The notes under the pieces: generated by a model
Databases searched by the model: none
What the model was told of the DNA's origin: nothing
What the model saw: the letters and a program-made list of their open reading frames with translations, nothing else
Virus record (IMG/VR): IMGVR_UViG_3300046170_000494
Coordinates: 1-64,000 of that record
Length of the DNA: 64,000 bases
Reading direction: 5' to 3' (one strand)
From: a virus
Shown: positions 9,058-21,502 of the stretch, piece after piece
Position numbering within the stretch: the stretch's first letter is position 1
Layout: each line of letters starts with the position of its first letter
Program-made: the position numbers and the translations under genes

Positions 9058-12000
9058 ATGAATAATTACTTATACAATATGTTAAAAAGTTCCGCTGAAG
9101 CGGATGTGGCAAAAGCAAAGTTGAGCCTCGACCTACTTGGAAATCATGCAGTAGGAATTGGAGATCACTCTACAGAAGATTACTATAAAAACGCAGAAGA
9201 AGCTCTTTCGCTTCTAGCTGATGCACAAGATAGATTAGATAATCTCACAAAATTTTATGGCGAGTTAGATGATTAGCCCTTTATCTATGCAAGAAGGAGT
9301 GACTTTTGGCGGTCTTAAGGATTTTGACTTGACAAATATCGCAAAACTGCTATTATGGAAGTCTAACGCAAAAGAGTTTACTCTAAAAGTTACCAAGGAT
9401 ATTGATGACTATCACATAAACATTGAAATAAAAGAAATAAAGCATGAATAAATTAGAAGAAGCAATGGGTAGAATGAATCATATCGAGCAAGATATAGAA
9501 GCAATGATATATACAATCGGAGATTCTGCTCGCAAATATACAGAAGATGAGTTATTAAATATGCTCATTGGCATGAATCAGTTACATAAAGCTCGCTATG
9601 AAATGATGTGGCAAGAATATGAAGTTAATAAAAAGAAATACGACTCGCAATACGAAGAAGCAATAGCACAATCTATATAATATGAATTTGCAAATAGACA
9701 AAGAAGTTGAATTACTTATTGTTGATAAAGCCTTATCGCACATAAAAAAAGTTGAGGTTAATCCTGATTTTAAAACTGATGGAGATAATTTTGACTATTG
9801 GAATAGCGTTCCGTTAAATAATGGAAGGTTTATTGACTATAATATTCACGAAGCAAACTTTGGAGAAGATTCTGATGATTATGAGTGGTTCTGTTCTGCA
9901 TACGATGTTGACGAACCAAATGAAGAAAACGAATATCATCAAATAAATACCGATGTAACAAAACTTTTACTCAAATACAAAGACGGAGAAATAAAATATT
10001 ATGATTGATTTTATTACATTATTAGTTATGATTATGTTTTTAATTTTTGCAGTAGATATTCTTACTAGCAGAAGATGAAAAAAGTAAGATTTAATTTATT
10101 AGAGATAAAAGACTTTTTTACAAATAAAGGTATTGAATTACGACATACTAAAAAACAAATAAGGAAAAGAGTATCTTATAAATTTTGGCGACCAATTGTT
10201 CAGCAAGTGAGTTCAAATATAAATACATCCGAGCGAAATAATGTCGTACAAAAAATATGGAGAGAAATGGATGATAGGCATTGTTTTCATACTATGACTC
10301 AATCTATTTATGATTTAGAATCTCTTGCTTTATGCATAGAAGATTATGACAATGGATATTGGAGAGAGGAGTAGAAGATATGTATCATTTCATATGTTTG
10401 AAACATTTAAACCTAATTTTCAAAATAATATAATGGTTCAAGGTCTTTGGCATGAAGTTGCAGGTCAAATAAGATATGAAGCACTTATGGCAGAAGAAGA
10501 CGATGGAACTCAATTAAGTTATCTTTTTCCTGAATTTGATCCTGAATCTGATGAATTTGACGATTATCCTATTGACAAATAAATAAATACATGATATACT
10601 AAATACTATGAACGAAATAATCATGCAAACTTTAGAGTCTTTTCAAGACTCTCAGATTAATTTACAAAGCGAATCTGCTCGCAAAATATTAGCAAATAAG
10701 TTAGAAGAAAATTTATTTAAACATATAAATGAACTTGTTGAAGAAGCGGTAAGCGTTATAACTAATTTAGATTAATGAATAAATATAATGTCAATGATAA
10801 AATCAGCGTGACGATGCAAGCAATTAATTTAATTTACTCTCAAATAGAAAAATTAAACCCTTCCATCGAACAATTAGACGAAATAAATAAACGACATGAA
10901 TTATTAATTGACCAAGAATTATTTTGGAGCAAACAAGATAATCCGAAAAGATTTTTATATGACTTACAAGAATTCGGTCATTGGTTATATGAATATTTAG
11001 ACCTTAAAAAATACGAAAACTTAGATATAGATTTATGAATATGAAAGATACAAATAATTGGCAAATAGTTTCTGCAAGTGAAGTAGAAGAATTTTTTTAT
11101 CAAGATACAGACGAAGTAGTAAATGAAGGAGATGCCGTTGGAATCGAAATAGACAACGGAGATTCAGTAGATTTAGTTTTATTTGGTAATCTTTATTGGA
11201 GCGATCAGAATTTATACTAATTATGTGTAAATATTTATATGGTTATACCTACATTCAGAGATTTATTAAAAGGAAAATCATATAAAACTATCTTTAATCA
11301 GATATATAAAACTTATCTTAAAAAAGAAAAAGATCACAAGGTAATAGAACTTTCCCTTGATATACATAATTTAATAAAAAAAATAAGACAATCTCAAGAA
11401 AAAAACAATATAGCTAAATCATTCATTCTTATTGAATTAGAAGATGGCGGATATGATGCAAATTTTATTGAAGAAGAAAGCGATGAGATATTGTCATTAG
11501 AAAATCTAAAAGTGGAAGATATAATAAATTTAGAAGTATTAGCTCCACCAAAGTTAAATGAAATAGAAATACTAGGACATATTATTTGGCATTATTATGG
11601 CAGAACAAAAGGAAAGATTATATGAGTTTCGCATAGAGTATATTAGCGGAAATTCAGTAGGACACAATTACCATTATTATATGGCTCATAATGCAGAAGA
11701 AGCATTAGAATATCAACACGAAATGATGGATGCCAAACATTGGAATATTAAATTAGTAAAACTAGAAAGAAAATGTCCATTCTCAAATAAATGGATTGAC
11801 GAAAGTGATATACTAAATAATGAACATGGATGAATCAATAGTTGAACACATTTATTATGAGCGAGGAAAAAACGACTCAAAAGATAATTCTACGAAAAAA
11901 AATTTACAGCTATGGCAAGATGGGTATGACAAAGGATTTGCTGATGCTCAAGAAAAATTAGCTAAGTTATTCGACAAAAAACTTTCGGAAGTTCTTAAAG

Positions 12001-12283
12001 AAAAAGACTTTACATAAAAAGCTTGACAAGGAGTTTCGATTCTGCCATACTTAATAGCATGACAGATTTTATTGCAGACATGAACGCTTCTATTGCGAAG
12101 CACGAAAAAGAGTTAGCATCACAACCTCGCAAGGGTATGATGGTCTATTTAGATAAAAGCACTCCAATTTTAGTTCAATACGCTAGTGCGGAGAGTTTCA
12201 ACCAAGCAAAGTCAATGACTTCAAGGAAGGGTCAATCTAGTTGCTTGCGTAATGTTTTAGATGGCAACGGAAGATTGCAGTAA
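9058..12283 (+). CDS. cluster of about 13 small hypothetical genes
   Basis: ORFs 9058-9276 (conserved VGIGDHS motif), 9269-9451, 9444-9680, 9682-10008, 10075-10374, 10346-10582, from 10608, 10775-11038, 11035-11220, 11239-11625, 11597-11833, 11820-12017, 12059-12283. Confidence 0.6.
11225..11229 (+). promoter_or_regulatory. putative phage late promoter GTGTA-N9-ATG
   Basis: GTGTAAATA is 9 nt before ATG 11239. Confidence 0.55.
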
Positions 12284-12353
12284 CTTTTTTCTTGACAACC
12301 TTTTTAACCTATATTATAATAGAGTCTTGTTTAACAGAAAACCTAATTGAAAA

Positions 12354-14636
12354 ATGATAATTGAAAAAACACAAAAAACTATTGTTCAGTCGCATGATTT
12401 TGATTCTGTAAATTGTACGATTGATGCAGAAGATATGCGTTATGTTGCCTCGCTCTTGCGAAACAACTACTCTAACACTCGCCTTGCGGTTATTCGTGAG
12501 ATTAGTGCTAACGCACTAGATGCGAATACAGAAGCAAATTCTAAGCGTAAGATTGAAATTGTATTGCCAAGCAACATGAATCCAACTTTTTCGGTTCGTG
12601 ATTTTGGCGGTGGATTAAGTCAAGAAGATGTTTTTGGTTTGTATTCTAAGTATGGTAAATCAACCAAAAGAGAATCGAACAATTATATTGGTGCATTTGG
12701 TATCGGTAAATTTGCTCCTCTTTCTTATGGAGATAATTTCACTTGCGTATCCTATCATGGTGGAAAGAAAACATCATACAATATTTTTGTAGATGAACAT
12801 GATGATACCAAGATTGTAAAATTGCATGAAGAAAAATCTTCTGAACCAACAGGACTATCTATTGAAGTTGCAGTCGCAGAGTCAGATATTTCTGCTTTTA
12901 GAGAAGATACTGCAAAGTTTTTCAGATTCTTCTCGGATGAAGAGATGCCGAAGTTTCTTGGTGTTGAAGATAATTTTATCGAGAAGAAAGAATTCGCATT
13001 GTCGAGCAAAAACAATGAATGGTTTTTTCTTCAAGACGACTCTTATCATTATGGTTATGGTTCTTCTCATATCATAATGGGTAGAGTTGCGTATCCTCTT
13101 GATCCACAATCTATTCTAGTTGAGAATTTCATCAAAGACGATTCAAGAAAACTAGAAATCATTCGCAACTTACTTAAACAAAGTAATTTTTATCTGCGAT
13201 TACCTTTAGGTGCAGTAAAATTGCATCATAGTCGTGAAGCATTAGAATACAATAAGTCAACGCAAAAAACTCTTGTGGAAGCATTAGTTAAAACTTGCGA
13301 AGAAGTACAAGCAATCGCAAAAGAAAAATTAGCTAATTCCGAAGACTTATGGGAAGCAATGAGAAACTATGCTAGAATTGTAAATTCAATGCCTCATCAA
13401 ATGCGTTCTATTTTCGAGAATTCTTTCACATGGAATGGGTTGCAAATTAATTCATCTTCTTTTTACAGAGGTCATCAAGACCATGAGGATTGCATTATTA
13501 CGCAAACAGATCGAGAATCAGACAAAGATGCGAGAGATGGATTTAGGGTTCGTTCGCAGAAAACAAGTCGTGTTCATTGTCAAGATAATTCTTTATTTCT
13601 CATTCAAGATATTGAGTCTTCTCATGGCAACAACTTGAGAGCAAGAACTCTATTCGCAGAAGATTCTGAACTCGAAACCATATTCTTTATCTATCCAAAA
13701 ACCAATGCAATTAAACAAAGAATTTTGTATGATGATTGGTGTTTTGACATGATAGACGAAAAGCATATTAGATATACTTCTCAAGTAGAAAAGCAAAAGC
13801 CATTGCGTAGTGGAGTACGCAAAAGTAATGGTAGTCGTGCAGACATTCAGCTATTTGAAATGAGAGATAAGGATTACATATATCGTAATGCAGACTATTG
13901 GAAAAGTGTTGATGAAGATATTTCTAAACTGCAAGGCAAGAAAAAATCCGATGGATTAGTTGATGGAAAATTTATTTATGTTCCTATCAAAAATTACAAG
14001 ATTGACATTGAAGGAGATGCTATTGATCTTGATATAATGCAGAAAAGAATGTTGTTCATTAGACAACACGCAGAAGAGAATTCGCAAGAAAAATCTTTTC
14101 GATTATTCGGTGTTCGTAGCGGAGATGTATCTAAATTAGATTCTGATTCTTGGGTTAGCATCACAGATTTTTTTGTGCAATTCGCAAAGAATTACCTCAA
14201 GCAGAATCTCAATCAAGCGAAGAAAGCGTACAAAGTAAGACTTGTGAATGACGATGGAAAGAAACATGAGATAATGAATCTTCAATATGATATTGGCAAG
14301 ATTTTTAATAGTGCGTCTCTTCGCTTAACAGAGCATTTTGACAATAACCATATACTATGTCATGTACATGATGATATAAAGTCAATCGTGCATAATAACG
14401 CTAGTAGCGTGTGCGTGAAGTTGGTTAATTATCTATCAAGCAATCACAAAGATTGGCTACAATTCAATCTTGATAGTGGCTTTACTGCAAAGCAATTCTA
14501 TAAAGATATTAATTCAATTAAAACAAAATACCCAATGTTAAAGTATGCTTGCAAAAGTGTAAATACCTATGGATCAAACGACAAGGAGACAAATGAAGAT
14601 ATTATCAACTATATTAAAGATTGTGACAGAATTTAA
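12354..14636 (+). CDS. rIIA: rIIA-like protein (GHKL/Hsp90-like ATPase N-terminus)
   Basis: YSN..LAVIREISANALDA, VRDFGGGLS, YGKSTKRESNNYIGAFGIG; directly followed by rIIB. Confidence 0.88.
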   Translation: MIIEKTQKTIVQSHDFDSVNCTIDAEDMRYVASLLRNNYSNTRLAVIREISANALDANTEANSKRKIEIVLPSNMNPTFSVRDFGGGLSQEDVFGLYSKYGKSTKRESNNYIGAFGIGKFAPLSYGDNFTCVSYHGGKKTSYNIFVDEHDDTKIVKLHEEKSSEPTGLSIEVAVAESDISAFREDTAKFFRFFSDEEMPKFLGVEDNFIEKKEFALSSKNNEWFFLQDDSYHYGYGSSHIIMGRVAYPLDPQSILVENFIKDDSRKLEIIRNLLKQSNFYLRLPLGAVKLHHSREALEYNKSTQKTLVEALVKTCEEVQAIAKEKLANSEDLWEAMRNYARIVNSMPHQMRSIFENSFTWNGLQINSSSFYRGHQDHEDCIITQTDRESDKDARDGFRVRSQKTSRVHCQDNSLFLIQDIESSHGNNLRARTLFAEDSELETIFFIYPKTNAIKQRILYDDWCFDMIDEKHIRYTSQVEKQKPLRSGVRKSNGSRADIQLFEMRDKDYIYRNADYWKSVDEDISKLQGKKKSDGLVDGKFIYVPIKNYKIDIEGDAIDLDIMQKRMLFIRQHAEENSQEKSFRLFGVRSGDVSKLDSDSWVSITDFFVQFAKNYLKQNLNQAKKAYKVRLVNDDGKKHEIMNLQYDIGKIFNSASLRLTEHFDNNHILCHVHDDIKSIVHNNASSVCVKLVNYLSSNHKDWLQFNLDSGFTAKQFYKDINSIKTKYPMLKYACKSVNTYGSNDKETNEDIINYIKDCDRI

Positions 14637-14674
14637 CTTGACAACTATTCAATTATAAACTATAATTATTTACT

Positions 14675-15760
14675 ATGAAGAAAGTACCATATACATTAAG
14701 CGAAAATTCACTAACGATCTTTTGGGATGGCAAGCCATATACGCTTCGCAAAGATCATCCTAATTTCACTCTTGCTCGTAAAGCAATTTATGATGCTAGA
14801 TACGAAGACCTTGGAGATTTAATTGACATTAAGAAGTCGGTAGAGAATTTTGTCGAAGGAGACATTGAAGTGCGTGACGAAGTAGTTTACTACAAAGGTC
14901 ATAGACTACATGGTGTTGTTGTCGATAAACTTATCGAAATGCTTCGTAACGGCATGAAGGATTCTGCTCCGCTTGTAAATTTCATTAAGCGATTGCAAGC
15001 TAATCCAAGTGCTAATTCTGTTAATGAACTCTATACATTCTTGAGCTACAAATCATTGCCAAGTGATGAAGATGGTATGGTTTTAGGTTACAAGGGTGTT
15101 CAAGGTGACTATTGGTCACAAACAGGTAATGCGGATACTCTTGTATTACAAGGCAAGACTAATGGTAATCATCAAATCTTCAACGGAGTCGGAGAGACTA
15201 TCGAAGTCGCTCGTAGATGTGTTGACGATAACAAGGACAATCATTGTTCTTTTGGTCTTCATGTTGGTTCATACGATTATGCTAATAATTGGGCAGGGCA
15301 AGATGGTAAATTACTTGTCGTTAAATTTGATCCATGTGATGCGGTATCAGTTCCAACTGATTGTGACTTTCAGAAGTTGCGTGTTTCAAAGTACGAGGTA
15401 GTGGCAGACATTACCGATACTAGAGTAGAGCTAAATAGACCTGTCTACGAGGCTAATAAGCCTATCTATGGAAGCGTAGAAGATTCTGATTCAGATGAAG
15501 ATGAGGGTTGTAGTGGAGATTGTGGTAGTTGCGATTGTTATGATGAAGATGAAATGTCTTCAGATGCTTTAGCTATAAGAAATTATATAGAGAATAAACA
15601 TGAGGATGGTGATTACCCAAGTCTAAAACAGATTCAAAGCAGAATGAAAGGTTCTGAATTAACTTGCGGGGAAATACTTGACATTGTTACTGATCTAGGT
15701 TACTATGTTTGTGAAGAATTTGGTAGACCAAGATCAATGTGGAGAGTAGAACCAATTTAA
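14675..15760 (+). CDS. rIIB: rIIB-like protein
   Basis: VNELYTFL...GMVLGYKGV...CSFGLHVGSYDYA...LLVVKFDPCDAVSVPTDCDFQKLRVSKYEVV; own promoter TTGACA(14638)-17-TATAAT. Confidence 0.88.
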   Translation: MKKVPYTLSENSLTIFWDGKPYTLRKDHPNFTLARKAIYDARYEDLGDLIDIKKSVENFVEGDIEVRDEVVYYKGHRLHGVVVDKLIEMLRNGMKDSAPLVNFIKRLQANPSANSVNELYTFLSYKSLPSDEDGMVLGYKGVQGDYWSQTGNADTLVLQGKTNGNHQIFNGVGETIEVARRCVDDNKDNHCSFGLHVGSYDYANNWAGQDGKLLVVKFDPCDAVSVPTDCDFQKLRVSKYEVVADITDTRVELNRPVYEANKPIYGSVEDSDSDEDEGCSGDCGSCDCYDEDEMSSDALAIRNYIENKHEDGDYPSLKQIQSRMKGSELTCGEILDIVTDLGYYVCEEFGRPRSMWRVEPI

Positions 15761-15777
15761 TTAAAAGAAAAATTATT

Positions 15778-16029
15778 ATGAATAACACTACAACAAATAC
15801 AAAGTTGCTTGATGTAATATCTCAAGCGAATGAAGCTCAAGTCGATTCAGTATGGGCAATCTTGAAATACAAAGAGATTGGTATTTACCGCAAGATTGCT
15901 TGTATGTGCGAAGTTCTCGGACTTGATCTTCAAGAAATTCTGAATGATTTACCACAAGATGAAGAAGGCAGAATCTTGGATTATAAGACTCGTCACATGA
16001 TCCATGATACTCTTATTGGAGTCTCGTAA
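15778..16029 (+). CDS. hypothetical protein
   Basis: ORF whose stop overlaps the next start. Confidence 0.55.
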   Translation: MNNTTTNTKLLDVISQANEAQVDSVWAILKYKEIGIYRKIACMCEVLGLDLQEILNDLPQDEEGRILDYKTRHMIHDTLIGVS

Positions 16030-16436
16030 TGAGGTTCACCAAGGCAAAGGCATTAAGCCTTTACTTGGGACTTAATAGAAATACTGAAGAATTCAGAAAG
16101 CAAATAATCGTTCAAGGGTTCAACGAGATAGATCAAGGTAGTTATAAGTCAATTTACTCAAAAAATAAGTTGGGTTATGTTATCAAGATCGCTCGTTCCC
16201 TTAACGATGAATTTGCAAAGTTGCCAAGTAAACTAAAAAATTTTTACATTAAACCATATTATATTGACGAAAGAATTGTGATACAACAAAGAGCAGATAC
16301 AGAAAATTCAGAAGAAGCAAGAAACGATATAGCTGACTTAATTGGACAAGATTCTTGTTGCGATTACGATATTTGGGAAGGAAATTGTGGGCATCTAAAT
16401 GGAGAACCTGTTATTTTCGATTTTGCCGAGATATAA
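16029..16436 (+). CDS. minimal protein-kinase-like protein
   Basis: Gly loop IDQGSYKSIY, VIKIA lysine, catalytic loop DIWEGN, IFDF. Confidence 0.55.
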   Translation: MRFTKAKALSLYLGLNRNTEEFRKQIIVQGFNEIDQGSYKSIYSKNKLGYVIKIARSLNDEFAKLPSKLKNFYIKPYYIDERIVIQQRADTENSEEARNDIADLIGQDSCCDYDIWEGNCGHLNGEPVIFDFAEI

Positions 16437-16512
16437 AACATTGATAAACAAAGACTTAAATTAAAAGAAAAAAACTCTTGACATTCCTTGCGAATCTGTC
16501 ATACTTATAATC

Positions 16513-17274
16513 ATGAATATTGCACAAGATACATTGAAAGACAAAGCTCTCGATTTAGTCGAGTCTATCACTCCTATTAAAAACCTTCTCGAAACCGCTA
16601 AAGCAGAACGAGAAGAGAATCCCTACAAAGATGTAGATCAATTCTTCGCTAATCTTAGATTTGGTTCAGTCAAAAGTGAGACTGATTATTGGACTAACCT
16701 TATTCCTCAAGACGATTCAGAAATGTTTGCTCGTTGGGTATTTGCAATTATGAGCGTTCATACTACTTGGGAGAGCAATGTGCGAGGTTACGAAGTTGCT
16801 ATGAGTGATCTTTCTTGGACTATATCCAAAGACAAGCTCAAGCAAATGATTGTTAAAGCTAAAGTAGGCTTGTATGAGCGTAGGGAGCGTGGATTATGGG
16901 AGTTAGCAACCAAGTTTCGTGAAGACCCAAACCAATTCAAGAAACAAGACGATGAGACTTGGCAAGAATGTCGCAATCGTTTAATCGGAAAAATTTATGG
17001 GTTAGGTAACGCAAAGACAACTTATGCTCTTGCACTTAGCTACCCAACTGAATCACAACTTTGTTGCTTAGATGTTCATTTGTTGCGTTTCATGGGGCAT
17101 GATCTATCTAATGGTCATGCAAGTAGCCTCAAGGTCTACGAGAAGATGGAGAACGAGTGGCTTGCTCGTTGCAACAAGTATGGCATTTCACCTAATGTCG
17201 CAAGAGAGATGTATTGGAACAAGGTTCAAGGAAGAAGAAATTCTCGCTATTGGAGTTACTGCTTAGAAAGATAA
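16513..17274 (+). CDS. HhH-GPD superfamily DNA glycosylase-like protein
   Basis: HhH LIGKIYGLGNAKT followed by CCLDVHLLRF; own promoter TTGACA(16478)-16-CATACT. Confidence 0.72.
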   Translation: MNIAQDTLKDKALDLVESITPIKNLLETAKAEREENPYKDVDQFFANLRFGSVKSETDYWTNLIPQDDSEMFARWVFAIMSVHTTWESNVRGYEVAMSDLSWTISKDKLKQMIVKAKVGLYERRERGLWELATKFREDPNQFKKQDDETWQECRNRLIGKIYGLGNAKTTYALALSYPTESQLCCLDVHLLRFMGHDLSNGHASSLKVYEKMENEWLARCNKYGISPNVAREMYWNKVQGRRNSRYWSYCLER

Positions 17275-17277
17275 TTT

Positions 17278-20200
17278 ATGAAAGTTACAAAGTACGAAGT
17301 AAACGCATTACAAAAAGTTTTAGATTGTATGCACCACTATATGCTTATTGGTCACATAGAAGATGAACATTCAAAAGCGGAATGGAATTCAATTAGGCGA
17401 GCGGTTCGCAGAATGGAAGTTTTACATGAAAAAATGAAGGATAGTTTTTTAAATGAATAAGTCATACGAAATCGAAATAGGATTAACATCCGAAGATATT
17501 GAAAACATTTTAAACGATGAAATGTCAACGCTACATTTTTTACCAACTGAAGAAACTGAATACGATGAAAGAATTAGTGTTCATATCAAGAAAGTCGATG
17601 ATGACGCAACATTATCAGAGTGCATGAATTTGGTTGTTGACAAGCTCAAACAAGTTTAGTAAGATATTAGAATGACAAAAGAATTGACAGAACAAGATTA
17701 TTTTTTAGATCAAGTCGCAGAACTTAATGAAGATGCGATTGTGTTAGAACCTCAATCGACTTTCAATCGGGCAATCATTGGGTTTGATACAAACGGAGTG
17801 CTTATTTATTCGGCAAACAAGATCATTGATGCTCTTAGCAAAGTCGATGGAATGACTACTGAAGAAGCAATAGAGTTTTTCGAGTATAACACACTTGGAA
17901 CATTTAGTGGAATGGATAACCCAAACAAACCTATATTCGCATACGATGAGTTTATTTTCTAAAATTTTTAATATTTTTAAACCAAAGCCAAAGTTGAGCA
18001 AAACTCAATTAAACAAAATTATTCATCAATCTATTTCAAAAAACGAAAGGTTCTTTGAAAATCTTGGAGATGATATGGATTACGATGGTATGGGTAACTA
18101 TGGTAGATTTCCACCAATACAAAGTGACGATCACCCAACATACGAAGAGGTCATAAAAGAATATGAATCACAAAATTCTAAGTAAAGTGCAAGAAGAAAA
18201 AGATAAAATTAAAGACTTGAAGAAACAGATTAGAGACTTAGAAATGGAATTGGAATTTCTTTATGTGAGAGAGCCAAATGAGGTAAGATATATTTCTGAT
18301 CTTGAAAAGAAAGTAGATCAATTATACGAACAATTAGATGCAATTATAGATAATGAGTAAAGAAGAGATAGATGTAGATGATATGCGGTATGAACTTGCA
18401 GAACAAGAAGCAATGAATATGAATGTTGCTGATATAGTTAATTTACTTATCGAAGGATACGAAGGATTAGACAACATAGCAGATATAGACATAATCGAAG
18501 AATATAATAAAGTATTTAAAGATAAGTCTTGACAAGATAATCAATCTAGTTCATGCTTAATTTATGGAAAAAACATACAGAAAGATGCTATACGAAGAGT
18601 TGCAAGAATTAGTATACAACGAAAATTTTAAACTAGATTATGCAAATGATATTCTTATATTGTTTGATGATGAAATCGAAGATGGTGATAGCGAAGCAAC
18701 TGCATACAACAAAGCAATGCAAGATATAGACAATATAAAAAACGGATGTTGGAATTTATGAAAATTACGAATAAATGGGAAGAAACTTTTGAAGTAAATG
18801 TTGGTGATTGGGTAGGATTCAAATGCGACATTGAACAATGCGGAAAAGTAAAAGAGATTCAAAGAAGAGGAGCGTTGATAGTTGAAAACAAAAATGGATT
18901 CGATGGAGATTATATCGGTGGAGATACCGAAGCATTAGTTGGATTCGATGAAGTGTGGAAAGAAAATTATTAAACAAAATTAATTATGAAGTTAACAAAA
19001 TATCAAAAAGCTAGAATGTTGGAATATGGTTGGGATGTTGTCGAAAATGAAGTCGATGGAGAGATTCAGAATTGTTCTTGGATTAGTATTGATGCCGAAG
19101 ATGGAATCATCTATAATGATGCGATCAAACTTTTTGGCTTGACAGGAGACAAAGAAGAGATTAAGCTATTGGTTGTAGGCACAATAGAAGAATGAACTTA
19201 GAAGACAACATAGATATTATTTTTAACGAAGCAGAAAGTAATGCGTTAGGAGAAAACAATTACGATTTGCTTGAACTTATTGAATCAACAAAAGTAGAAC
19301 TACTAAACTTAATTGCACAAAAAAATGAATTATTTTAATCACAAAAGAGTAAATTGGAATACATGGAGTCCACAAGATATTGTATTTAAAAGCAATCAAC
19401 TAATGAAAAAAGTTGCACCAAGCGAAAATGTTTTATCTTGGAGTAGTAAATCAGATCGTGACAGAAAGATGTGCGAGAGAACTAAAGGTAAGTTAATTAC
19501 ATCAAAAAATTGGCAAGGTCAAAGTATAACTTATCATGGTGGAGAGAACTACAAAGGTGTTATGGTTCAAATGAAAGACGCTAAGAGTGATTTTCCATCA
19601 TTCAATATTGACTTTATTGACCAAACAGAAAGATTAGATAGTGTAGGTAATCGCAAAAGTGGACTTGATGTTCATGTTTACCTTAATTCATTTCATAACC
19701 CTTGGCAATGGGATAAATGTCCTACAACAGGTAATTGGGTCAAAACAAACACAGGTCATACCTCTCCATTACGAGAGGGTTATCGTATGTGCTATGGTGG
19801 ACAAGGAGACGCAAATGCTATGGACTTTGATGAATTTCACGAAATGATTTGTATCACAGAAGCATTACGAGATTTCCTTGTTGAAGTTGTAATTCCAACC
19901 AAAAACGGAGAAGTGTTAGACTTAGTTGCATGAGAATTTTCGTTAGTTCAACTATTCTTGTTGCATCAAGTAGTCAAACAGATATTGAATTTGCGAAACG
20001 CAATAAGTTAAAAGAAGTAAAAAAATGATAGAATTACCTGATATATTTTATGCAATCAATATATTCACAGGGTGCATTTTAGTCTTGCTATTTCTTTTGA
20101 TTATGACTAACATAGACTAATGAGTTATTCAATTATAGAAGGTTGCGTAAGGCAAAGTTTAGATTTACCAATAGAAGAAGACATGAGAGACGAGATTTTA

Positions 20201-20789
20201 GTTGAAGAAAAAATTTTAAAGAACAGAAAGAACCCATTGTTTGTAGTAACATCTATTCATGCGGAAGCAATCAATAACATGACTCGCAAGAAGAGTCTTG
20301 ACGAAGTTGATCTTCAATGCCTTAAAGACTTAGGTTTTGCGGTTGCTTATAATAAGCTTGACGAGAATGGAGATAAATGCTATATTAAACATAACGCAAG
20401 AACATTTAAAGAATACATGGATCGAAAGAAAAATTGAACTTTAAGTATAACATAACACATACAATACAAGACAAAGAAGAAATCATAGGATTCCATTCAA
20501 AGAAGAACATGATAACATACTTAAATAAAAACAAAAATTATTTAAATACATTAAATCATGTTTATTTGAATTTTAAAACTATCAAACTACCATTAACACA
20601 ATCAAGTTGGAGAATATCAAAATGCAAGAAATAATAAAAAAAATCTACGAGCGTATGGAATTTTGTGCAAACGCACACACAAATTGCCAAGCTACTGAAC
20701 ATCAATACATATTAGAAATTAGTTTATTGAATGAAGTTTTAGATCAAATTGAAACTTATGATTGGGATTATTACAATAAAGAATGTTAA
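17278..20789 (+). CDS. cluster of about 14 small hypothetical genes
   Basis: ORFs include 17278-17460, 17453-17659, 17672-17962, 18163-18360, 18564-18761, 18746-18973, 18986-19195, 19326-19933, 20120-20437, 20434-20634, 20607-20789; many are acidic. Confidence 0.55.
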
Positions 20790-21232
20790 GAGTAACAGAA
20801 AGACGAGACTTGGAGCAACTATACAATGATGTTCTATGGAATTTTTATCAAGTAATGCCCTACAACAAACTAAGCAAAGAAAAAGCGACAAATTATTGGG
20901 TAAATCAATGGCATAATTTAATATTAATGGGAAGCGGAGCAATTTTTGCATTTAAAAAAGAGCAGGAATTCACAGGTACGATAGGATTATTATTTCACCC
21001 TTCTCTTGAGGATGGGGTACTAATGTGTACCGAAACTTTTTGGTATGTTAATGAAGATCAAAGAGGTCAAGGTCTAAAACTTTTATTTAAAGCTGAAAAG
21101 TTTGCAAAAGAAATGGGGGCAAAAAGATTTATCATGGGATACTTACATAATTCTATGCCTCAAAAAGTAAAAAATCTATATGAGAGATTAAATTATAATA
21201 ATCTTCAAACTGCATACATGAAAGAACTTTAA
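20783..21232 (+). CDS. GNAT family acetyltransferase
   Basis: ETFWYVNEDQRGQGLKLL (acetyl-CoA-binding motif A) and NLYERLNY. Confidence 0.8.
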   Translation: MLRVTERRDLEQLYNDVLWNFYQVMPYNKLSKEKATNYWVNQWHNLILMGSGAIFAFKKEQEFTGTIGLLFHPSLEDGVLMCTETFWYVNEDQRGQGLKLLFKAEKFAKEMGAKRFIMGYLHNSMPQKVKNLYERLNYNNLQTAYMKEL

Positions 21233-21502
21233 ACAAAAACAATATCGCCAATCATATAAATGAGTAAAGGAAAAGAATATAATTACAATAATTTATTTTT
21301 ACATTTAACAGAGCGTTGGCAAGATGGTCAATACGCTCAAGTTGCAGACTATATTAAACATCATCATCATTTTTCAAATCGAGCCAATTTAATAGATTTT
21401 TGTGTATATTTATCTAATTATCTCGGCATGAAAGAATTGCGAGTATTACAAAAACTCATTTAAATGCTTGACAAGCAAAGCGAAATTTCGTAAGATATTA
21501 GC

